64,000 nucleotides of DNA from an uncultured Bacteroidota bacterium (GTDB lineage: Bacteria > Bacteroidota > Bacteroidia > Bacteroidales > SZUA-534), in contig CAMKOM010000011.1 in assembly GCA_946414435.1 (NCBI GenBank), positions 19,408 through 83,407 on the forward strand. The letters are read 5' to 3'. This document shows, piece by piece, positions 1 through 11,678 of this stretch. Made by a program: the position numbers and the translations under genes. How positions within the stretch are numbered: position 1 is the stretch's first letter; each line of letters begins with the position of its first letter. The notes below the pieces were generated by a model, which did not search any database, was not told the origin of the DNA, and saw nothing but the letters and a program-made list of their open reading frames with translations.

Positions 1-1
1 A

Positions 2-646
2 TACAAAGAGGCTATCACAGCCACTGTCGATCACCGCGAGGTATTCAAGAAACAGACTGGTGGTCGTGGTAAGTTCGCCGACATCGTTGTTAAGGTTTCA
101 CCGGCAGAGGAAGGCAAAGAGGGCTTGACATTCATCGATTCTATCAAGGGTGGTCACATCCCTGCAGAATACATTCCTTCAGTAGAGAAAGGTTTCAAAG
201 AGGCTATGAAGAACGGTCCGTTGGCCGGATTCCCGGTTGACAGCCTTCAGGTTGAGTTGGTCGATGGTTCGTTCCACCCGGTTGACTCTGACCAGCTGTC
301 GTTCGAAATCGCTGGCCGTCAGGCATTCCGTGAGGCTTGCGCCAAAGCGAAACCAATCCTTCTCGAGCCTATTATGCACGTTGAGGTGGTAACACCTGAG
401 GACTATATGGGCGACGTGATTGGCGACCTTAACAAACGTCGTGGTCAGGTTGAAGGTATGGAGTCGCGTGCATCGGGCGACCGTGTTGTGAAGGCAAACG
501 TTCCGTTGTCGGAGATGTTCGGCTATGTAACTGTTCTGCGTACAATCACATCGGGCCGCGCCACATCAAGTATGGAGTTCTCGCACTACGCAGAGACACC
601 GAAAAACGTGGCTACTGAGGTTCTCGAGAAAATGAAAGGGAAATAA
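2..646 (+). CDS. fusA: Elongation factor G, C-terminal part (5' end outside window)
   Basis: Frame from base 2 reads YKEAIT...[13 protein letters not shown]; [29 protein letters not shown] motifs of EF-G domains IV-V; precedes rpsJ. Confidence 0.97.
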   Translation, partial: YKEAITATVDHREVFKKQTGGRGKFADIVVKVSPAEEGKEGLTFIDSIKGGHIPAEYIPSVEKGFKEAMKNGPLAGFPVDSLQVELVDGSFHPVDSDQLSFEIAGRQAFREACAKAKPILLEPIMHVEVVTPEDYMGDVIGDLNKRRGQVEGMESRASGDRVVKANVPLSEMFGYVTVLRTITSGRATSSMEFSHYAETPKNVATEVLEKMKGK

Positions 647-669
647 TTTCTTGTTATACATTAAATAAT

Positions 670-975
670 ATGAGCCAAAAAATTAGAATCAAATTGAAAT
701 CTTACGATCACAACTTGGTTGACAAGTCGGCCGAGAAGATCGTGAAGACTGTAAAGACTACTGGCGCAGTTGTTAGTGGGCCTATTCCACTCCCGACTCA
801 CCGCCGTGTGTTTACAGTGCTGCGCTCAACTTTCGTGAACAAAAAATCACGCGAACAGTTTGAGCTGTCTTCTTACAAAAGGCTTCTCGACATCTACAGC
901 TCAACAGCTAAGACTATCGACGCCTTGATGAAACTTGAACTGCCCAGCGGCGTTGAAGTTGAGATTAAAGTATGA
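670..975 (+). CDS. rpsJ: 30S ribosomal protein S10
   Basis: [25 protein letters not shown]. Confidence 0.98.
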   Translation: MSQKIRIKLKSYDHNLVDKSAEKIVKTVKTTGAVVSGPIPLPTHRRVFTVLRSTFVNKKSREQFELSSYKRLLDIYSSTAKTIDALMKLELPSGVEVEIKV

Positions 976-994
976 CATTTTATAAATTATAAAA

Positions 995-1612
995 ATGGCT
1001 GGATTAATAGGTAAAAAAATCGGAATGACATCGATTTTCAGTGCCGAGGGAAAAAACATTCCATGCACTGTTATCGAAGCAGGACCTTGCGTTGTTACGC
1101 AAGTGAAAACCGTTGAGAAAGACGGTTACAGCGCACTTCAATTAGGCTACGAGGACAAGAGTGAAAAGAATTTCACCAAAGCCGAATTGGGACACTTCAA
1201 AAAGGCCGGCACCGCACCAAAGGCAAAGGTTGCCGAGTTCTTGGATTTTGAAGGTGATTACAAATTAGGTGACGTGCTCACCGTTGACATCTTCAACGAT
1301 GAGGCATGGGTTGACGTGACTGGCATCTCGAAAGGTAAGGGATTCCAAGGCGTTGTTCGCCGCCACAACTTTAACGGCGTTAATGATGCTACTCACGGTC
1401 AGCACAACCGCGGAAGACACCCCGGTTCACTGGGTGCATCATCTTACCCGTCGCGCGTTATGCCGGGTATGCGTATGGCAGGCCGTATGGGCTGCGACCA
1501 AGTCAAAGTTTTGAGCTTGCGCATCGTGAAAGTTCTTCCGGAGAACAACCTGATTTTAGTTAAGGGATCAGTACCAGGTCACAAAGGTTCATACTTAATA
1601 ATTGAGAAATAA
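995..1612 (+). CDS. rplC: 50S ribosomal protein L3
   Basis: [21 protein letters not shown]; operon position. Confidence 0.98.
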   Translation: MAGLIGKKIGMTSIFSAEGKNIPCTVIEAGPCVVTQVKTVEKDGYSALQLGYEDKSEKNFTKAELGHFKKAGTAPKAKVAEFLDFEGDYKLGDVLTVDIFNDEAWVDVTGISKGKGFQGVVRRHNFNGVNDATHGQHNRGRHPGSLGASSYPSRVMPGMRMAGRMGCDQVKVLSLRIVKVLPENNLILVKGSVPGHKGSYLIIEK

Positions 1613-2238
1613 TGGAATTGAAAGTTTTAAATCAAGAAGGAAAAGAGACTGGCAAGAACGTCAATTTGAATGATTCCATCTATGGTATTGAACCAAACGA
1701 TCACGCAATCTATCTTGACGTAAAGCAGTATTTGGCAAACCAACGCCAAGGCACACATAAATCGAAGCAACGTAACGAAGTTTCGGGCAGCACCCGCAAG
1801 CTGAAAAAGCAGAAGGGTACTGGCGGAGCACGTTGCGGCAGCATCAAGGCGCCAGTTTTCGTAGGCGGTGGCCGTGTATTCGGTCCGGAGCCGCGCGACT
1901 ACTCGTTCAAACTGAACAAGAAAGTTAAACAATTGGCCCGTAAGTCGGCATTGTCGTACAAGGCAAAAGCAAACGAGATTATCGTTGTCGACAACGTCGC
2001 AATCAACGAGCCGAAGACAAAGGCATACGTTGCTCTGCTTGACAACTTGAAAATCAACGGCAAAAAATCGTTGCTGGTGTTAAGCGATAGCAATAAAAAC
2101 ATATATTTGTCGGCTCGAAATCTGGAAGGCGTTGAAGTTACAACCGCCGACCTTTTGAACACTTATCAAATAATGAATGCCACATCACTCGTGTTTACTG
2201 AGGCCTCATTGGAGATAATTGATAACTTATTAGGATAG
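1612..2238 (+). CDS. rplD: 50S ribosomal protein L4
   Basis: [22 protein letters not shown]. Confidence 0.98.
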   Translation: MELKVLNQEGKETGKNVNLNDSIYGIEPNDHAIYLDVKQYLANQRQGTHKSKQRNEVSGSTRKLKKQKGTGGARCGSIKAPVFVGGGRVFGPEPRDYSFKLNKKVKQLARKSALSYKAKANEIIVVDNVAINEPKTKAYVALLDNLKINGKKSLLVLSDSNKNIYLSARNLEGVEVTTADLLNTYQIMNATSLVFTEASLEIIDNLLG

Positions 2239-2251
2239 AGGAGGATAAGCT

Positions 2252-2542
2252 ATGAGTATTATTATTAAGCCGATAATAACCGAGAAGATGACGGCTCAGG
2301 CTGAGAAGCTGAACCGCTATGGTTTCATCGTTGATAAGAGAGCAGACAAACTGCAAATCCGCAAGGAAGTTGAGGATTTGTACGGCGTTAAAGTCGATTC
2401 TGTGAACACAATCCGCTACGCTGGCAAGCGCAAATCGCGCTACACCAAGGCAGGTTTTGTTGAGGGTCGCACCAACGCTTACAAAAAAGCCATTGTAACT
2501 CTGAAAGAGGGACAGGCAATTGATTTTTATAGCAATATTTAG
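2252..2542 (+). CDS. rplW: 50S ribosomal protein L23
   Basis: PIITEK, YKKAIVTL. Confidence 0.97.
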   Translation: MSIIIKPIITEKMTAQAEKLNRYGFIVDKRADKLQIRKEVEDLYGVKVDSVNTIRYAGKRKSRYTKAGFVEGRTNAYKKAIVTLKEGQAIDFYSNI

Positions 2543-2560
2543 TATTTATAAAAATAGATA

Positions 2561-3391
2561 ATGGCCGCGAAAAAACTAAAACCCGTTACAGCGGGTATGC
2601 GAGGCAAGGTGGTTAGCAACTTTGAGACAGTAACCACCACGACACCTGAAAAATCATTGTTGAGTCCATTAAGGAAGTCCGGAGGTCGTAACAACGACGG
2701 ACGTCTAACAATGAGATATATAGGTGGTGGACACAAACAACGCTATCGTATTGTCGACTTCAAACGCGACAAGGATGGCATTCCTGGAACAGTTAAATCG
2801 ATCGAGTACGATCCAAATCGTAGCGCTCGCATCGCTTTAGTTGTTTACGCCGATGGTGAGAAACGGTACATTCTGGCACCAAACGGTTTGACCGTTGGTC
2901 AGGTAGTAATGTCGGGCAAGGGTGTTGCACCCGAGGTCGGCAATGCTCTGTACCTTTCAGAGATTCCACTCGGTACTATCATTCACAACATTGAGTTACG
3001 CCCCAACGCAGGAGGTAGCATGGCACGCAGCGCCGGAACGTTTGCGCAGCTTACATCACGCGAAGGGAAGTACGCAATTGTGAAATTGCCTTCGGGAGAA
3101 ATCCGTATGGTATTGGTAACATGCAAAGCAACTATTGGAGTTGTCGGCAATTCAGATCATGCTTTGGAGGTGTCAGGCAAGGCCGGACGTTCGCGCTGGT
3201 TGGGCCGCAGACCACGCAACCGTGGTGTTGTTATGAACCCAGTCGATCACCCGATGGGTGGTGGCGAAGGACGTGCTTCAGGCGGACACCCGCGTTCAAG
3301 GAATGGTATGCCAGCTAAGGGATACAAGACTCGCCGTCCGAAGAAGCAGTCTAATAAGTTGATTGTTGAACGTAGAAAAAGTAAAGCATAA
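2561..3391 (+). CDS. rplB: 50S ribosomal protein L2
   Basis: [26 protein letters not shown]. Confidence 0.99.
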   Translation: MAAKKLKPVTAGMRGKVVSNFETVTTTTPEKSLLSPLRKSGGRNNDGRLTMRYIGGGHKQRYRIVDFKRDKDGIPGTVKSIEYDPNRSARIALVVYADGEKRYILAPNGLTVGQVVMSGKGVAPEVGNALYLSEIPLGTIIHNIELRPNAGGSMARSAGTFAQLTSREGKYAIVKLPSGEIRMVLVTCKATIGVVGNSDHALEVSGKAGRSRWLGRRPRNRGVVMNPVDHPMGGGEGRASGGHPRSRNGMPAKGYKTRRPKKQSNKLIVERRKSKA

Positions 3392-3397
3392 TAGATT

Positions 3398-3664
3398 ATG
3401 AGTCGTTCGTTAAAAAAAGGGCCGTACATTCATTACAAGTTGGACGCGAAAGTGACAGCTATGAATGAGTCAGGCAAGAAAGACGTTATCAAAACCTGGT
3501 CGAGGGCTTCAATGATTTCTCCAGACTTTGTTGGGCATACCTTTGCTGTTCATAATGGAAACCGCTTTATACCAGTTTATGTGACTGAGAATATGGTAGG
3601 CCACAAACTCGGTGAATTTGCCCCAACCCGTCAGTTCAGAGGTCACGGAGGAAAGAAAAAATAA
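3398..3664 (+). CDS. rpsS: 30S ribosomal protein S19
   Basis: [24 protein letters not shown]. Confidence 0.99.
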   Translation: MSRSLKKGPYIHYKLDAKVTAMNESGKKDVIKTWSRASMISPDFVGHTFAVHNGNRFIPVYVTENMVGHKLGEFAPTRQFRGHGGKKK

Positions 3665-3684
3665 TAATGTAAATCGGAACTAAC

Positions 3685-4101
3685 ATGGGTGCAAGAAAAA
3701 GAAATATGGCCAATCAAATCAAAGAGGAGAAGAAGAGCGTCAGCTTCGCAAAGCTGAACGACTGCCCCACATCTCCCCGCAAAATGCGTTTGATTGCAGA
3801 TATGGTTCGTGGCGTAGAAGTCAACAAGGCTTTGAGCTTGCTACGCTTTTGTCCTAAAGAAGCTTCTGTAAGAGTTGAGAAACTGTTATTGTCAGCTATC
3901 GCAAACTGGCAGCAAAAGAACGAAGGTTCGAGAATCGAGGAAGCGAATCTCTACGTGAAAGAGATTTCAGTGGATTCGGGTCGTCAATTGAAGAGACTTC
4001 GTCCTGCTCCGCAGGGTCGTGGATACCGCATCAGAAAGCGTTCAAACCACGTTACAGTTGTTGTTGATAGCAAGAGTCAAACTAACGAAAAAAGTGAATA
4101 A
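3685..4101 (+). CDS. rplV: 50S ribosomal protein L22
   Basis: [24 protein letters not shown]. Confidence 0.98.
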   Translation: MGARKRNMANQIKEEKKSVSFAKLNDCPTSPRKMRLIADMVRGVEVNKALSLLRFCPKEASVRVEKLLLSAIANWQQKNEGSRIEEANLYVKEISVDSGRQLKRLRPAPQGRGYRIRKRSNHVTVVVDSKSQTNEKSE

Positions 4102-4797
4102 ATGGGACAGAAATGTAATCCAATAGGAAACAGGTTAGGTGTCATCAAAGGCTGGGATTCAAACTGGTTTGGTGGCAAAAAATACTCGGAGAAAATTCTC
4201 GAGGACAGTAAAATCCGTGAGTATCTCCAAGCTCGTCTGGCAAAGGCAAGCGTATCGAAAATCATCATCGAGCGCACGCTGAAACTCATCACCATCACCG
4301 TGAACACTGCCCGTCCGGGTATCATCATCGGCAAAGGTGGTCAGGAAGTCGACAAGCTGAAGGAGGAGTTGAAGAAGATAACCAAGAAGGAAGTGCAAAT
4401 CAACATCTTTGAAATAAAGAGACCGGAACTTGATGCATTCCTTGTAGGTAGTAACATTGCCCGTCAGCTGGAGGGCCGCGTGTCTTATCGCCGTGCAGTG
4501 AAAATGGGCATAGCATCAACAATGCGTATGGGTGCCGAGGGCATCAAGGTTCAGGTATCGGGACGCCTGGGCGGTGCTGAAATGGCACGGTCGGAAATCT
4601 TCAAAGAGGGTCGCATTCCATTGCACACTCTTCGTGCCGACATCGACTACGCAATGGTTGAGGCATTGACTAAAGTTGGCCTGATTGGCATCAAGGTTTG
4701 GATTTGTAAAGGTGAGGTTTACGGTAAACGCGACCTTTCGCCAAACGTGGGCGCTACACAGCCACAAAAGAAGGGACTTAAAAAACGTCAAAAGTAA
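4102..4797 (+). CDS. rpsC: 30S ribosomal protein S3
   Basis: [34 protein letters not shown]. Confidence 0.99.
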   Translation: MGQKCNPIGNRLGVIKGWDSNWFGGKKYSEKILEDSKIREYLQARLAKASVSKIIIERTLKLITITVNTARPGIIIGKGGQEVDKLKEELKKITKKEVQINIFEIKRPELDAFLVGSNIARQLEGRVSYRRAVKMGIASTMRMGAEGIKVQVSGRLGGAEMARSEIFKEGRIPLHTLRADIDYAMVEALTKVGLIGIKVWICKGEVYGKRDLSPNVGATQPQKKGLKKRQK

Positions 4798-4815
4798 TCT
4801 ATAAATCAGTTTAAG

Positions 4816-5244
4816 ATGTTACAGCCAAAGAAAACTAAATACAGAAGGGTACAAAAAGGCCGTTCGAAAGGAAACGCACATCGTGGTCACGATTTGTCAT
4901 TCGGCTCTTTTGGTATCAAGGCTCTGGAAGAATGCTGGGTTACTGCAAGACAAATCGAGGCAGCTCGTCAGGCTGTCACTCGTTATATGAAACGTGAGGG
5001 ACAAATTTGGATTAGAATATTTCCTGACAAAGTAGTGACTAAGAAGCCGGCCGATGTACGTATGGGTAAAGGTAAAGGAGACCCTGAGTGCTTCGCAGCT
5101 GTAGTTACCCCAGGACGCATACTTATTGAAGCAGAAGGCGTGCCATTTGAAATCGCAAAGGAAGCTTTGCGTTTGGGCGCGCAGAAATTGCCAATCAAGA
5201 CCAAATTTATTGTTCGTAACGATTTTGTTGAATCTTCAATTTAA
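4816..5244 (+). CDS. rplP: 50S ribosomal protein L16
   Basis: QIEAAR, WIRIFPD, RMGKGKG. Confidence 0.99.
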   Translation: MLQPKKTKYRRVQKGRSKGNAHRGHDLSFGSFGIKALEECWVTARQIEAARQAVTRYMKREGQIWIRIFPDKVVTKKPADVRMGKGKGDPECFAAVVTPGRILIEAEGVPFEIAKEALRLGAQKLPIKTKFIVRNDFVESSI

Positions 5245-5249
5245 TTGCA

Positions 5250-5450
5250 ATGAAAGCTTCAGAAGTTAGAGAATTGTCGACCTTGGAAATCCAAGAGCAG
5301 ATAGAGAACAATAAAAAGGCCTTGACCAAAATGCGTCTGAACCACGCAGTGTCGCCGCTCGACAACACCAACAAGATTGGCGAGACAAAAAAAGACATTG
5401 CCCGGTTGCTGACCGAGTTGAGAGCCAGAGAAATTAACCAAAATAAATAA
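5250..5450 (+). CDS. rpmC: 50S ribosomal protein L29
   Basis: [11 protein letters not shown]; position between rplP and rpsQ. Confidence 0.95.
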   Translation: MKASEVRELSTLEIQEQIENNKKALTKMRLNHAVSPLDNTNKIGETKKDIARLLTELRAREINQNK

Positions 5451-5457
5451 TTGGCAG

Positions 5458-5715
5458 ATGGAAACTAGAAATTTGAGAAAGGAACGTATAGGTGTTGTGG
5501 TCAGCAACAAAATGGAGAAGACCATAACGGTTGCTATCAAACGGAAGGTAAAGCACCCGCTTTACGGAAAATTTGTCAATAAGACTACCAAGTTGCACGC
5601 TCAGGACGAGAAGAATGAGTGTAACATAGGTGATACTGTTAGGATAATGGAAACCAGACCTTTGAGCAAAACAAAGAACTGGCGTTTAGTTGAAATCATT
5701 GAAAAAGCTAAGTAG
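5458..5715 (+). CDS. rpsQ: 30S ribosomal protein S17
   Basis: [26 protein letters not shown]. Confidence 0.98.
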   Translation: METRNLRKERIGVVVSNKMEKTITVAIKRKVKHPLYGKFVNKTTKLHAQDEKNECNIGDTVRIMETRPLSKTKNWRLVEIIEKAK

Positions 5716-5717
5716 TC

Positions 5718-6083
5718 ATGATACAGTCTGAGACTAGATTAAGTGTAGCCGACAACAGTGGTGCCAAGACAGTCTTGTGCATCAATGTTCTGGGTGGGTC
5801 GAAAAAACGTTACGCAACAATTGGTGACACCATTGTGGTTGCTGTGAAGACGGCTCTGCCTGGCGGTGATGTGAAAAAAGGCGCAGTCAGCAAGGCTGTG
5901 GTTGTACGTACCACAAAGGAAATCCGCCGCAGCGACGGTTCATACATCCGTTTTGACGACAACGCTTGTGTATTACTCAACAATGCAGGTGAAATCAGGG
6001 GAACCCGTATTTTCGGTCCTGTAGCCCGCGAATTGCGCGACAGTTACATGAAGATTGTTTCTCTTGCACCAGAAGTTTTATAA
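5718..6083 (+). CDS. rplN: 50S ribosomal protein L14
   Basis: [28 protein letters not shown]. Confidence 0.99.
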   Translation: MIQSETRLSVADNSGAKTVLCINVLGGSKKRYATIGDTIVVAVKTALPGGDVKKGAVSKAVVVRTTKEIRRSDGSYIRFDDNACVLLNNAGEIRGTRIFGPVARELRDSYMKIVSLAPEVL

Positions 6084-6101
6084 TTGTAAAAGGTAACAAA
6101 A

Positions 6102-6425
6102 ATGGCAACGAAATTGCATATCAAAAAAGGAGACACCGTTGTTGTTATCGCTGGTGAGTCTAAAGGACAGAGAGGAAAAGTCCTTAGCGTACAAGTAGAA
6201 AAACAACGTGCTGTCGTTGAGGGAATCAACATGGTGTCGAAACACACCAAGCCCAACGCAAAAAATACCCAAGGCGGTATTGTGAAGCAAGAAGCACCTG
6301 TTCACATTTCGAACCTTATGCTTGTTGAGCCGTCAACCGGCAATCCGACACGCACTGGCCGTAGAAAAGGTGAGAACGGGAAATTAGTTAGATACTCTAA
6401 AAAATCTGGAGAGGAGATCAAATAA
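6102..6425 (+). CDS. rplX: 50S ribosomal protein L24
   Basis: IKKGDTV KOW motif, EAPVHISN. Confidence 0.98.
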   Translation: MATKLHIKKGDTVVVIAGESKGQRGKVLSVQVEKQRAVVEGINMVSKHTKPNAKNTQGGIVKQEAPVHISNLMLVEPSTGNPTRTGRRKGENGKLVRYSKKSGEEIK

Positions 6426-6982
6426 TGGAATACGTACCAGAATTACGCAAGAAGTATAAAGAGGTGATAGTTCCGGCTCTGACAAAAGAGTTCAACTACA
6501 CCACACCAATGCAGGTTCCAAGACTTGAAAAGATAGTCATCAACCAAGGTGTAGGCAAAGGCATCGCCGACAAGAAGATTATTGATACCGCTGCAGAGGA
6601 GTTGACAGCCATTACAGGACAGAAAGCAATGAAGACACTGTCTCGTAAGGACATTTCAAACTTCAAGTTGAGAAAGAAAATGCCGATTGGCGTGAAAGTG
6701 ACCTTGAGAAAAGACCGTATGTACGAGTTCCTCGAGAGACTGATTGTTGTTGCTTTGCCGCGTATCCGCGACTTTAAAGGTGTCAACAGTAAGCTCGACG
6801 GTAAAGGAAACTACACACTTGGCATCACAGAGCAGATTATATTCCCCGAAATCGACATCGACAAGATTACCACCCTGCTGGGTATGGACATCACGTTTGT
6901 CACTTCGGCACAGACCGATGAGGAGGGATACGCACTGTTGAGAGAGTTCGGCATTCCATTTAAAAACCTTAAAAAGAATTAG
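6425..6982 (+). CDS. rplE: 50S ribosomal protein L5
   Basis: [31 protein letters not shown]. Confidence 0.98.
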   Translation: MEYVPELRKKYKEVIVPALTKEFNYTTPMQVPRLEKIVINQGVGKGIADKKIIDTAAEELTAITGQKAMKTLSRKDISNFKLRKKMPIGVKVTLRKDRMYEFLERLIVVALPRIRDFKGVNSKLDGKGNYTLGITEQIIFPEIDIDKITTLLGMDITFVTSAQTDEEGYALLREFGIPFKNLKKN

Positions 6983-6985
6983 TCC

Positions 6986-7255
6986 ATGGCAAAAGAGTCA
7001 ATGAAAGCCCGCGAAGTAAAAAGGGCTAAATTAGTTCAGAAATATGCTGACAAGCGTGCCAAACTTTTGGCAGAAGGCGACTACATCGCACTTCAGAAGT
7101 TGCCGAAAAACGCATCGCCCGTCCGCATGCACAACAGGTGTTCTCTCACCGGCCGTCCGAAAGGCTATATCCGCCAGTTCGGCATCAGCCGTATCCAATT
7201 CCGTGAGATGGCACTTAAAGGATTGATTCCGGGTGTTAAAAAAGCAAGTTGGTAA
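6986..7255 (+). CDS. rpsN: 30S ribosomal protein S14 (89-aa, non-zinc form)
   Basis: [20 protein letters not shown]. Confidence 0.98.
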   Translation: MAKESMKAREVKRAKLVQKYADKRAKLLAEGDYIALQKLPKNASPVRMHNRCSLTGRPKGYIRQFGISRIQFREMALKGLIPGVKKASW

Positions 7256-7273
7256 CCTTAAAGTTATAAGAAA

Positions 7274-7669
7274 ATGACAGATCCAATAGCAGATTTCCTG
7301 ACCAGAATCAGGAACGCTCAAATGGCAAAAAGCAAAGTTGTAGAGATACCCTCGTCGAATATGAAGAAGAGCATAACCAAGATTCTTTACGATAATGGTT
7401 ATATTCTCAATTACAAGTTCGATGACGAAAAGGACAAAGGTATCATCAAGATTGCTTTGAAGTATAACTTGCAGACTAAAGAGCCGGTTATCAAGAAATT
7501 AGAGAGAATTAGCCGTCCGGGTTTGAGAAAGTACACTAACGTGGAGAACATGCCGCGTGTGCTTAATGGTTTGGGCATTGCCGTGATATCAACATCGCAA
7601 GGTGTGATGTCTGACAAAGAAGCTCGCACAAAGAACCTTGGTGGCGAAGTTTTGTGTTACATATATTAA
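7274..7669 (+). CDS. rpsH: 30S ribosomal protein S8
   Basis: [28 protein letters not shown]. Confidence 0.98.
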   Translation: MTDPIADFLTRIRNAQMAKSKVVEIPSSNMKKSITKILYDNGYILNYKFDDEKDKGIIKIALKYNLQTKEPVIKKLERISRPGLRKYTNVENMPRVLNGLGIAVISTSQGVMSDKEARTKNLGGEVLCYIY

Positions 7670-7679
7670 AGTTTATAAC

Positions 7680-8234
7680 ATGTCACGTATTGGAAAATTA
7701 CCTGTAGCTATACCCGCTGGCGTTACCGTCACAGTTGACGGCGACAACGTGGTAGTAGTAAAAGGGCCCAAAGGAACATTGACACAGAAAGTCAATTCCG
7801 ACATTAAGGTCATTGTAGAGCCTGGTGTTGTGAAATTGGAGCGTCCGGACGACGAGATCGCTCACAAATCGATGCACGGTTTGTACCGCGCCTTGATCCA
7901 CAACATGGTTGTAGGCGTTTCTGAAGGGTTCAAATTAGAGATGGAGTTTGTCGGTGTAGGTTATCGTGCTGAGTCGAACGGACAGATGCTCGAAATGAGC
8001 CTCGGCTATTCACACAGCATAATGTTTGAGCTGCCAGCTGAAATTAAGGTTGACGCTAAAACTGACAAACGTAGTAACCCGATTCTGAAACTTGAGAGCT
8101 GCGACAAACAGCTTATCGGACAGGTTGCCGCTAAGATTCGCTCATTCCGTATGCCGGAGCCGTATAAAGGTAAAGGTATTAAGTTCATTGGCGAAAATAT
8201 TCGCAGAAAAGTTGGTAAATCTGCTGGTAAATAA
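7680..8234 (+). CDS. rplF: 50S ribosomal protein L6
   Basis: Start set at ATG 7680 (MSRIGKLP); GVGYRA, PEPYKGKGI. Confidence 0.98.
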   Translation: MSRIGKLPVAIPAGVTVTVDGDNVVVVKGPKGTLTQKVNSDIKVIVEPGVVKLERPDDEIAHKSMHGLYRALIHNMVVGVSEGFKLEMEFVGVGYRAESNGQMLEMSLGYSHSIMFELPAEIKVDAKTDKRSNPILKLESCDKQLIGQVAAKIRSFRMPEPYKGKGIKFIGENIRRKVGKSAGK

Positions 8235-8251
8235 TCTAAAAATTAGGAATT

Positions 8252-8608
8252 ATGGCATCGTTTAAATTAGAAAGACGCAATAAGATTAAGGCAAGCATTC
8301 GTAAGAATGTGAGTGGCACAGCAGAAAAACCCCGTATGAGTGTTTATCGTAGCAACACCCAGATTTATGTTCAAATTATCGATGACGTTGCAGGCAAGAC
8401 ACTTGCTGCGGCATCATCGAAAGTAAAGAGCATTGCTGACGTGAAAGGAACAAAAACACAGAAAGCGGAGAAAGTAGGCGAGGAGATTGCTAAAATTGCT
8501 TTAGAGAAAGGAATCAGCCAGGTCGTATTTGACAGAAATGGCTTTTTGTATCATGGTAGAGTGAAAGCCTTGGCTGACGCTGCCCGTAAAGGTGGACTTA
8601 AATTTTAG
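8252..8608 (+). CDS. rplR: 50S ribosomal protein L18
   Basis: [22 protein letters not shown]. Confidence 0.98.
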   Translation: MASFKLERRNKIKASIRKNVSGTAEKPRMSVYRSNTQIYVQIIDDVAGKTLAAASSKVKSIADVKGTKTQKAEKVGEEIAKIALEKGISQVVFDRNGFLYHGRVKALADAARKGGLKF

Positions 8609-8613
8609 AAGTT

Positions 8614-9126
8614 ATGTCAAACGTTAGAAGAATAAAAACAACAGATCTTGAATTGAAAGATCGTTTGGTTGCTATCAACCGTGTTACCAAGGTGACCAAG
8701 GGCGGCCGCACATTCACTTTCTCGGCAATTGTTGTCGTAGGCAATGAGGATGGTGTTGTTGGCTATGGATTGGGAAAATCCAATGAGGTAACCACAGCCA
8801 TCACCAAAGGAATCGAAGACGCAAAGAAGAACTTGATCAAGGTTCCAGTCATCAATGGTACCATTCCACATGACCAATTGGCAGAGTTCGGTGGCGCAAA
8901 GGTTTATATCTCGCCGGCATCACACGGTACAGGTGTAAAAGCTGGTGGTGCCATGCGTGCAGTGCTTGAAAGCGTAGGCGTGAAAGACTGCCTTGCTAAA
9001 TCAAAAGGATCATCAAACCCGCACAACGTAGTAAAGGCTACAATGGAAGCATTGTCGCAGATGCGTGATGCTAAAGATGTAGCTTTTGAACGCGGAATAT
9101 CAATGGAAAAAGTATTTAAAGGATAA
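8614..9126 (+). CDS. rpsE: 30S ribosomal protein S5
   Basis: [25 protein letters not shown]. Confidence 0.98.
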   Translation: MSNVRRIKTTDLELKDRLVAINRVTKVTKGGRTFTFSAIVVVGNEDGVVGYGLGKSNEVTTAITKGIEDAKKNLIKVPVINGTIPHDQLAEFGGAKVYISPASHGTGVKAGGAMRAVLESVGVKDCLAKSKGSSNPHNVVKATMEALSQMRDAKDVAFERGISMEKVFKG

Positions 9127-9131
9127 TTGTC

Positions 9132-9314
9132 ATGGCAAAATATCGCATTAAACAAATCAGAAGCAAAATTGGCAGCAACAAGCGCCAAGTGGCCACACTT
9201 GAAGCCTTGGGGTTGCATAAGGTAAGCCAAGTTGTCGAGCATGACGCAAAACCGGAAATACTTGGTATGATAAATGCAGTTAAACATTTAGTTTCTTTTG
9301 AAGAAATAAAGTAA
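9132..9314 (+). CDS. rpmD: 50S ribosomal protein L30
   Basis: TLEALGL, GMINAVKHLV. Confidence 0.95.
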   Translation: MAKYRIKQIRSKIGSNKRQVATLEALGLHKVSQVVEHDAKPEILGMINAVKHLVSFEEIK

Positions 9315-9326
9315 CAAGACATTATT

Positions 9327-9773
9327 ATGGATTTAAGTAATTTGAAGCCAGCAGCTGGCTCAGTAAAATCTTCGAAGAGAATAGGCCGTGGCGCAGGTTC
9401 GGGCAAAGGCGGAACTTCCACCCGCGGACACAAGGGTGCCAAATCGCGTTCGGGTTATTCGAAGAAGGTAGGTTTCGAAGGCGGTCAGATGCCATTGCAG
9501 AGACGTATGCCTAAATTCGGTTTCAAGAATATCAACCGTAAAGAGTTCAAAGCCGTTAACGTTGGTGATTTGCAGAAAATCGCTGAGGCAAAAGGCTTGA
9601 CTAAGATTGATGTCGACATACTGTTGGCAAACGGCTTGGTTTCGGCAAACGACAAAGTTAAAATCTTAGGCAACGGTAAGTTGAGCGTCCAACTCGAAGT
9701 TGAGGCTCATGCTTTCTCAAAGAAGGCTATCGAGGCCATCGAAGCTCAGAAGGGTAAAGTTGTAACACTGTAA
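9327..9773 (+). CDS. rplO: 50S ribosomal protein L15
   Basis: [23 protein letters not shown]. Confidence 0.98.
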   Translation: MDLSNLKPAAGSVKSSKRIGRGAGSGKGGTSTRGHKGAKSRSGYSKKVGFEGGQMPLQRRMPKFGFKNINRKEFKAVNVGDLQKIAEAKGLTKIDVDILLANGLVSANDKVKILGNGKLSVQLEVEAHAFSKKAIEAIEAQKGKVVTL

Positions 9774-9784
9774 TATCTACGTTG

Positions 9785-11116
9785 ATGAAGAGATTAATTG
9801 AAACAATAAAGAATATTTGGAAAATCGATGATCTGAAGACGAGGATTCTCAACACCCTGTTGCTCATCCTTGTTTATAGATTGGGTACAATGGTTGTGCT
9901 CCCGGGTGTTGACCCAAGCCAGCTGGCAGCTCTGAAGAACCAGACAGCAACTGGTATTTTGGGTTTGTTGGATATGTTCTCGGGCGGTGCCTTCTCAAAC
10001 GCGTCGATTTTCGCTCTGGGTATTATGCCCTACATCTCCGCATCAATCGTAATTCAGCTTTTGGGAATGGCAGTGCCATATTTCCAGAGACTGCAGCGTG
10101 AGGGTGAGAGTGGACGTCGCAAAATCAACCAGATTACGCGTATCCTTACCGTCATCATTCTGCTTGTTCAGGCTCCAGGTTATTTGGCAAACCTTCATTC
10201 ACAACTTCCGGAGTCGGCCTTTATTCTTAAAGGCGCCTATTTCACCGTATCGTCGATGTTCATCCTCACCGCAGGCACAATGTTCGTTATGTGGTTGGGC
10301 GAGCGCATCACCGACCGCGGCTTGGGCAACGGCATCTCACTGATTATCATGATAGGCATCATCGCCCGGTTCCCGTCAGCCATTTGGGTTGAGCTCATCT
10401 CTCGCTTGAACGAGCAACAAGGGGGTGGTCTGGTAATGCTTCTGATTGAAATGATTGCTTTGGGTGTTGTCATCTTGCTCACCATTCTGCTTGTTCAAGG
10501 AACCCGCAAGATTCCTGTGCAGTACGCAAAACGGATAGTAGGCAACAAACAGTATGGCGGTGTCCGCCAGTACATTCCCCTCAAGGTGAATGCAGCAGGT
10601 GTGATGCCTATTATCTTTGCTCAGGCAATAATGTTCTTACCCATTGTCTTGGTCGGATTCTCAAACGCTGAAACTGCAACTGGAATTGCATCGGCATTGT
10701 CGAACCCAACAGGATTCTGGTACAACTTGACGGTAGGACTGTTAATCATTCTATTCACATATTTCTATACGGCCATCATCATCAATCCAACTCAAATGGC
10801 CGATGATATGAAGAAGAATGGTGGTTTCATTCCAGGTGTTAAGCCAGGTAAGAAAACAGTTGAGTACCTCGACACAGTGATGTCGAGGATCACACTGCCA
10901 GGATCAATATTCCTCGCTTTTGTGGCCATCATGCCGGCATTTGCCATGATGGCGGGAGTACAGAGCAGTTTCGCTTATTTCTACGGCGGCACTTCTCTGC
11001 TGATTATGGTTGGTGTTGTTCTTGACACGCTCCAGCAAATCGAAAGCCATTTGTTGATGCGTCACTACGACGGATTGATGAAGAGCGGTCGAATCAAGGG
11101 GCGTTCTAACATGTAG
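9785..11116 (+). CDS. secY: Preprotein translocase subunit SecY
   Basis: SIFALGIMPYISASI, GNGISL, GGFIPGVKPG, GGTSLLI; multiple TM segments; ATG at 9785. Confidence 0.98.
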   Translation: MKRLIETIKNIWKIDDLKTRILNTLLLILVYRLGTMVVLPGVDPSQLAALKNQTATGILGLLDMFSGGAFSNASIFALGIMPYISASIVIQLLGMAVPYFQRLQREGESGRRKINQITRILTVIILLVQAPGYLANLHSQLPESAFILKGAYFTVSSMFILTAGTMFVMWLGERITDRGLGNGISLIIMIGIIARFPSAIWVELISRLNEQQGGGLVMLLIEMIALGVVILLTILLVQGTRKIPVQYAKRIVGNKQYGGVRQYIPLKVNAAGVMPIIFAQAIMFLPIVLVGFSNAETATGIASALSNPTGFWYNLTVGLLIILFTYFYTAIIINPTQMADDMKKNGGFIPGVKPGKKTVEYLDTVMSRITLPGSIFLAFVAIMPAFAMMAGVQSSFAYFYGGTSLLIMVGVVLDTLQQIESHLLMRHYDGLMKSGRIKGRSNM

Positions 11117-11292
11117 CCGAGAGGCTGCAATTGCTTGCTCTTTGAAAATTAGTAAGTTGAATCGCTGAAACTAATTGTGCGCACATTTTATTGGCAGGTT
11201 CAGAGAGACGTCCGAAAGGAATTGTCGGTTGACTAATATGAAAGCTAATGGGTCCGGAAAAAGTTTTAGGACTGTAACTAAAAAATGATTTT

Positions 11293-11511
11293 ATGGCCAA
11301 ACAGGCTTCAATAGAACAAGATGGTACAATCATCGAGGCATTGTCGAACGCAATGTTCCGTGTTGAGTTAGAGAATGGGTTGGTAATTACAGCTCATATC
11401 TCAGGCAAAATGCGCATGCATTACATAAAGATACTGCCGGGTGATAAAGTTAAAGTGGAAATGTCGCCTTACGATTTGACTAAGGGGCGTATCGCATTTA
11501 GGTACAAATAA
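11293..11511 (+). CDS. infA: Translation initiation factor IF-1
   Basis: [25 protein letters not shown]. Confidence 0.98.
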   Translation: MAKQASIEQDGTIIEALSNAMFRVELENGLVITAHISGKMRMHYIKILPGDKVKVEMSPYDLTKGRIAFRYK

Positions 11512-11523
11512 AAGACTAAAAAG

Positions 11524-11640
11524 ATGAAAGTAAGAGCATCAATTAAAAAACGCAGCGCAGATTGCAAAATCGTGCGTCGTAAAGGACGTTTGTATGTGAT
11601 TAACAAAAAAAATCCGAAATTCAAACAACGTCAAGGATAA
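11524..11640 (+). CDS. rpmJ: 50S ribosomal protein L36 (non-zinc type B), absent from ORF track
   Basis: Manual translation [38 protein letters not shown]. Confidence 0.97.
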   Translation: MKVRASIKKRSADCKIVRRKGRLYVINKKNPKFKQRQG

Positions 11641-11645
11641 TTTAA

Positions 11646-11653
11646 TAATTTTG
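11646..11653 (+). promoter_or_regulatory. Bacteroidota sigma-A -7 element upstream of rpsM (internal alpha-operon promoter)
   Basis: TAATTTTG(CA) matches TAnnTTTG, 25 nt before rpsM ATG. Confidence 0.55.
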
Positions 11654-11678
11654 CAACTCAAAAATTTTAAATGTAATT

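Noticed and set aside
6986-11640. Zinc-free S14 and L36 as a zinc-starvation paralog signal
   Set aside because: These forms are the normal operon-encoded versions in Bacteroidota
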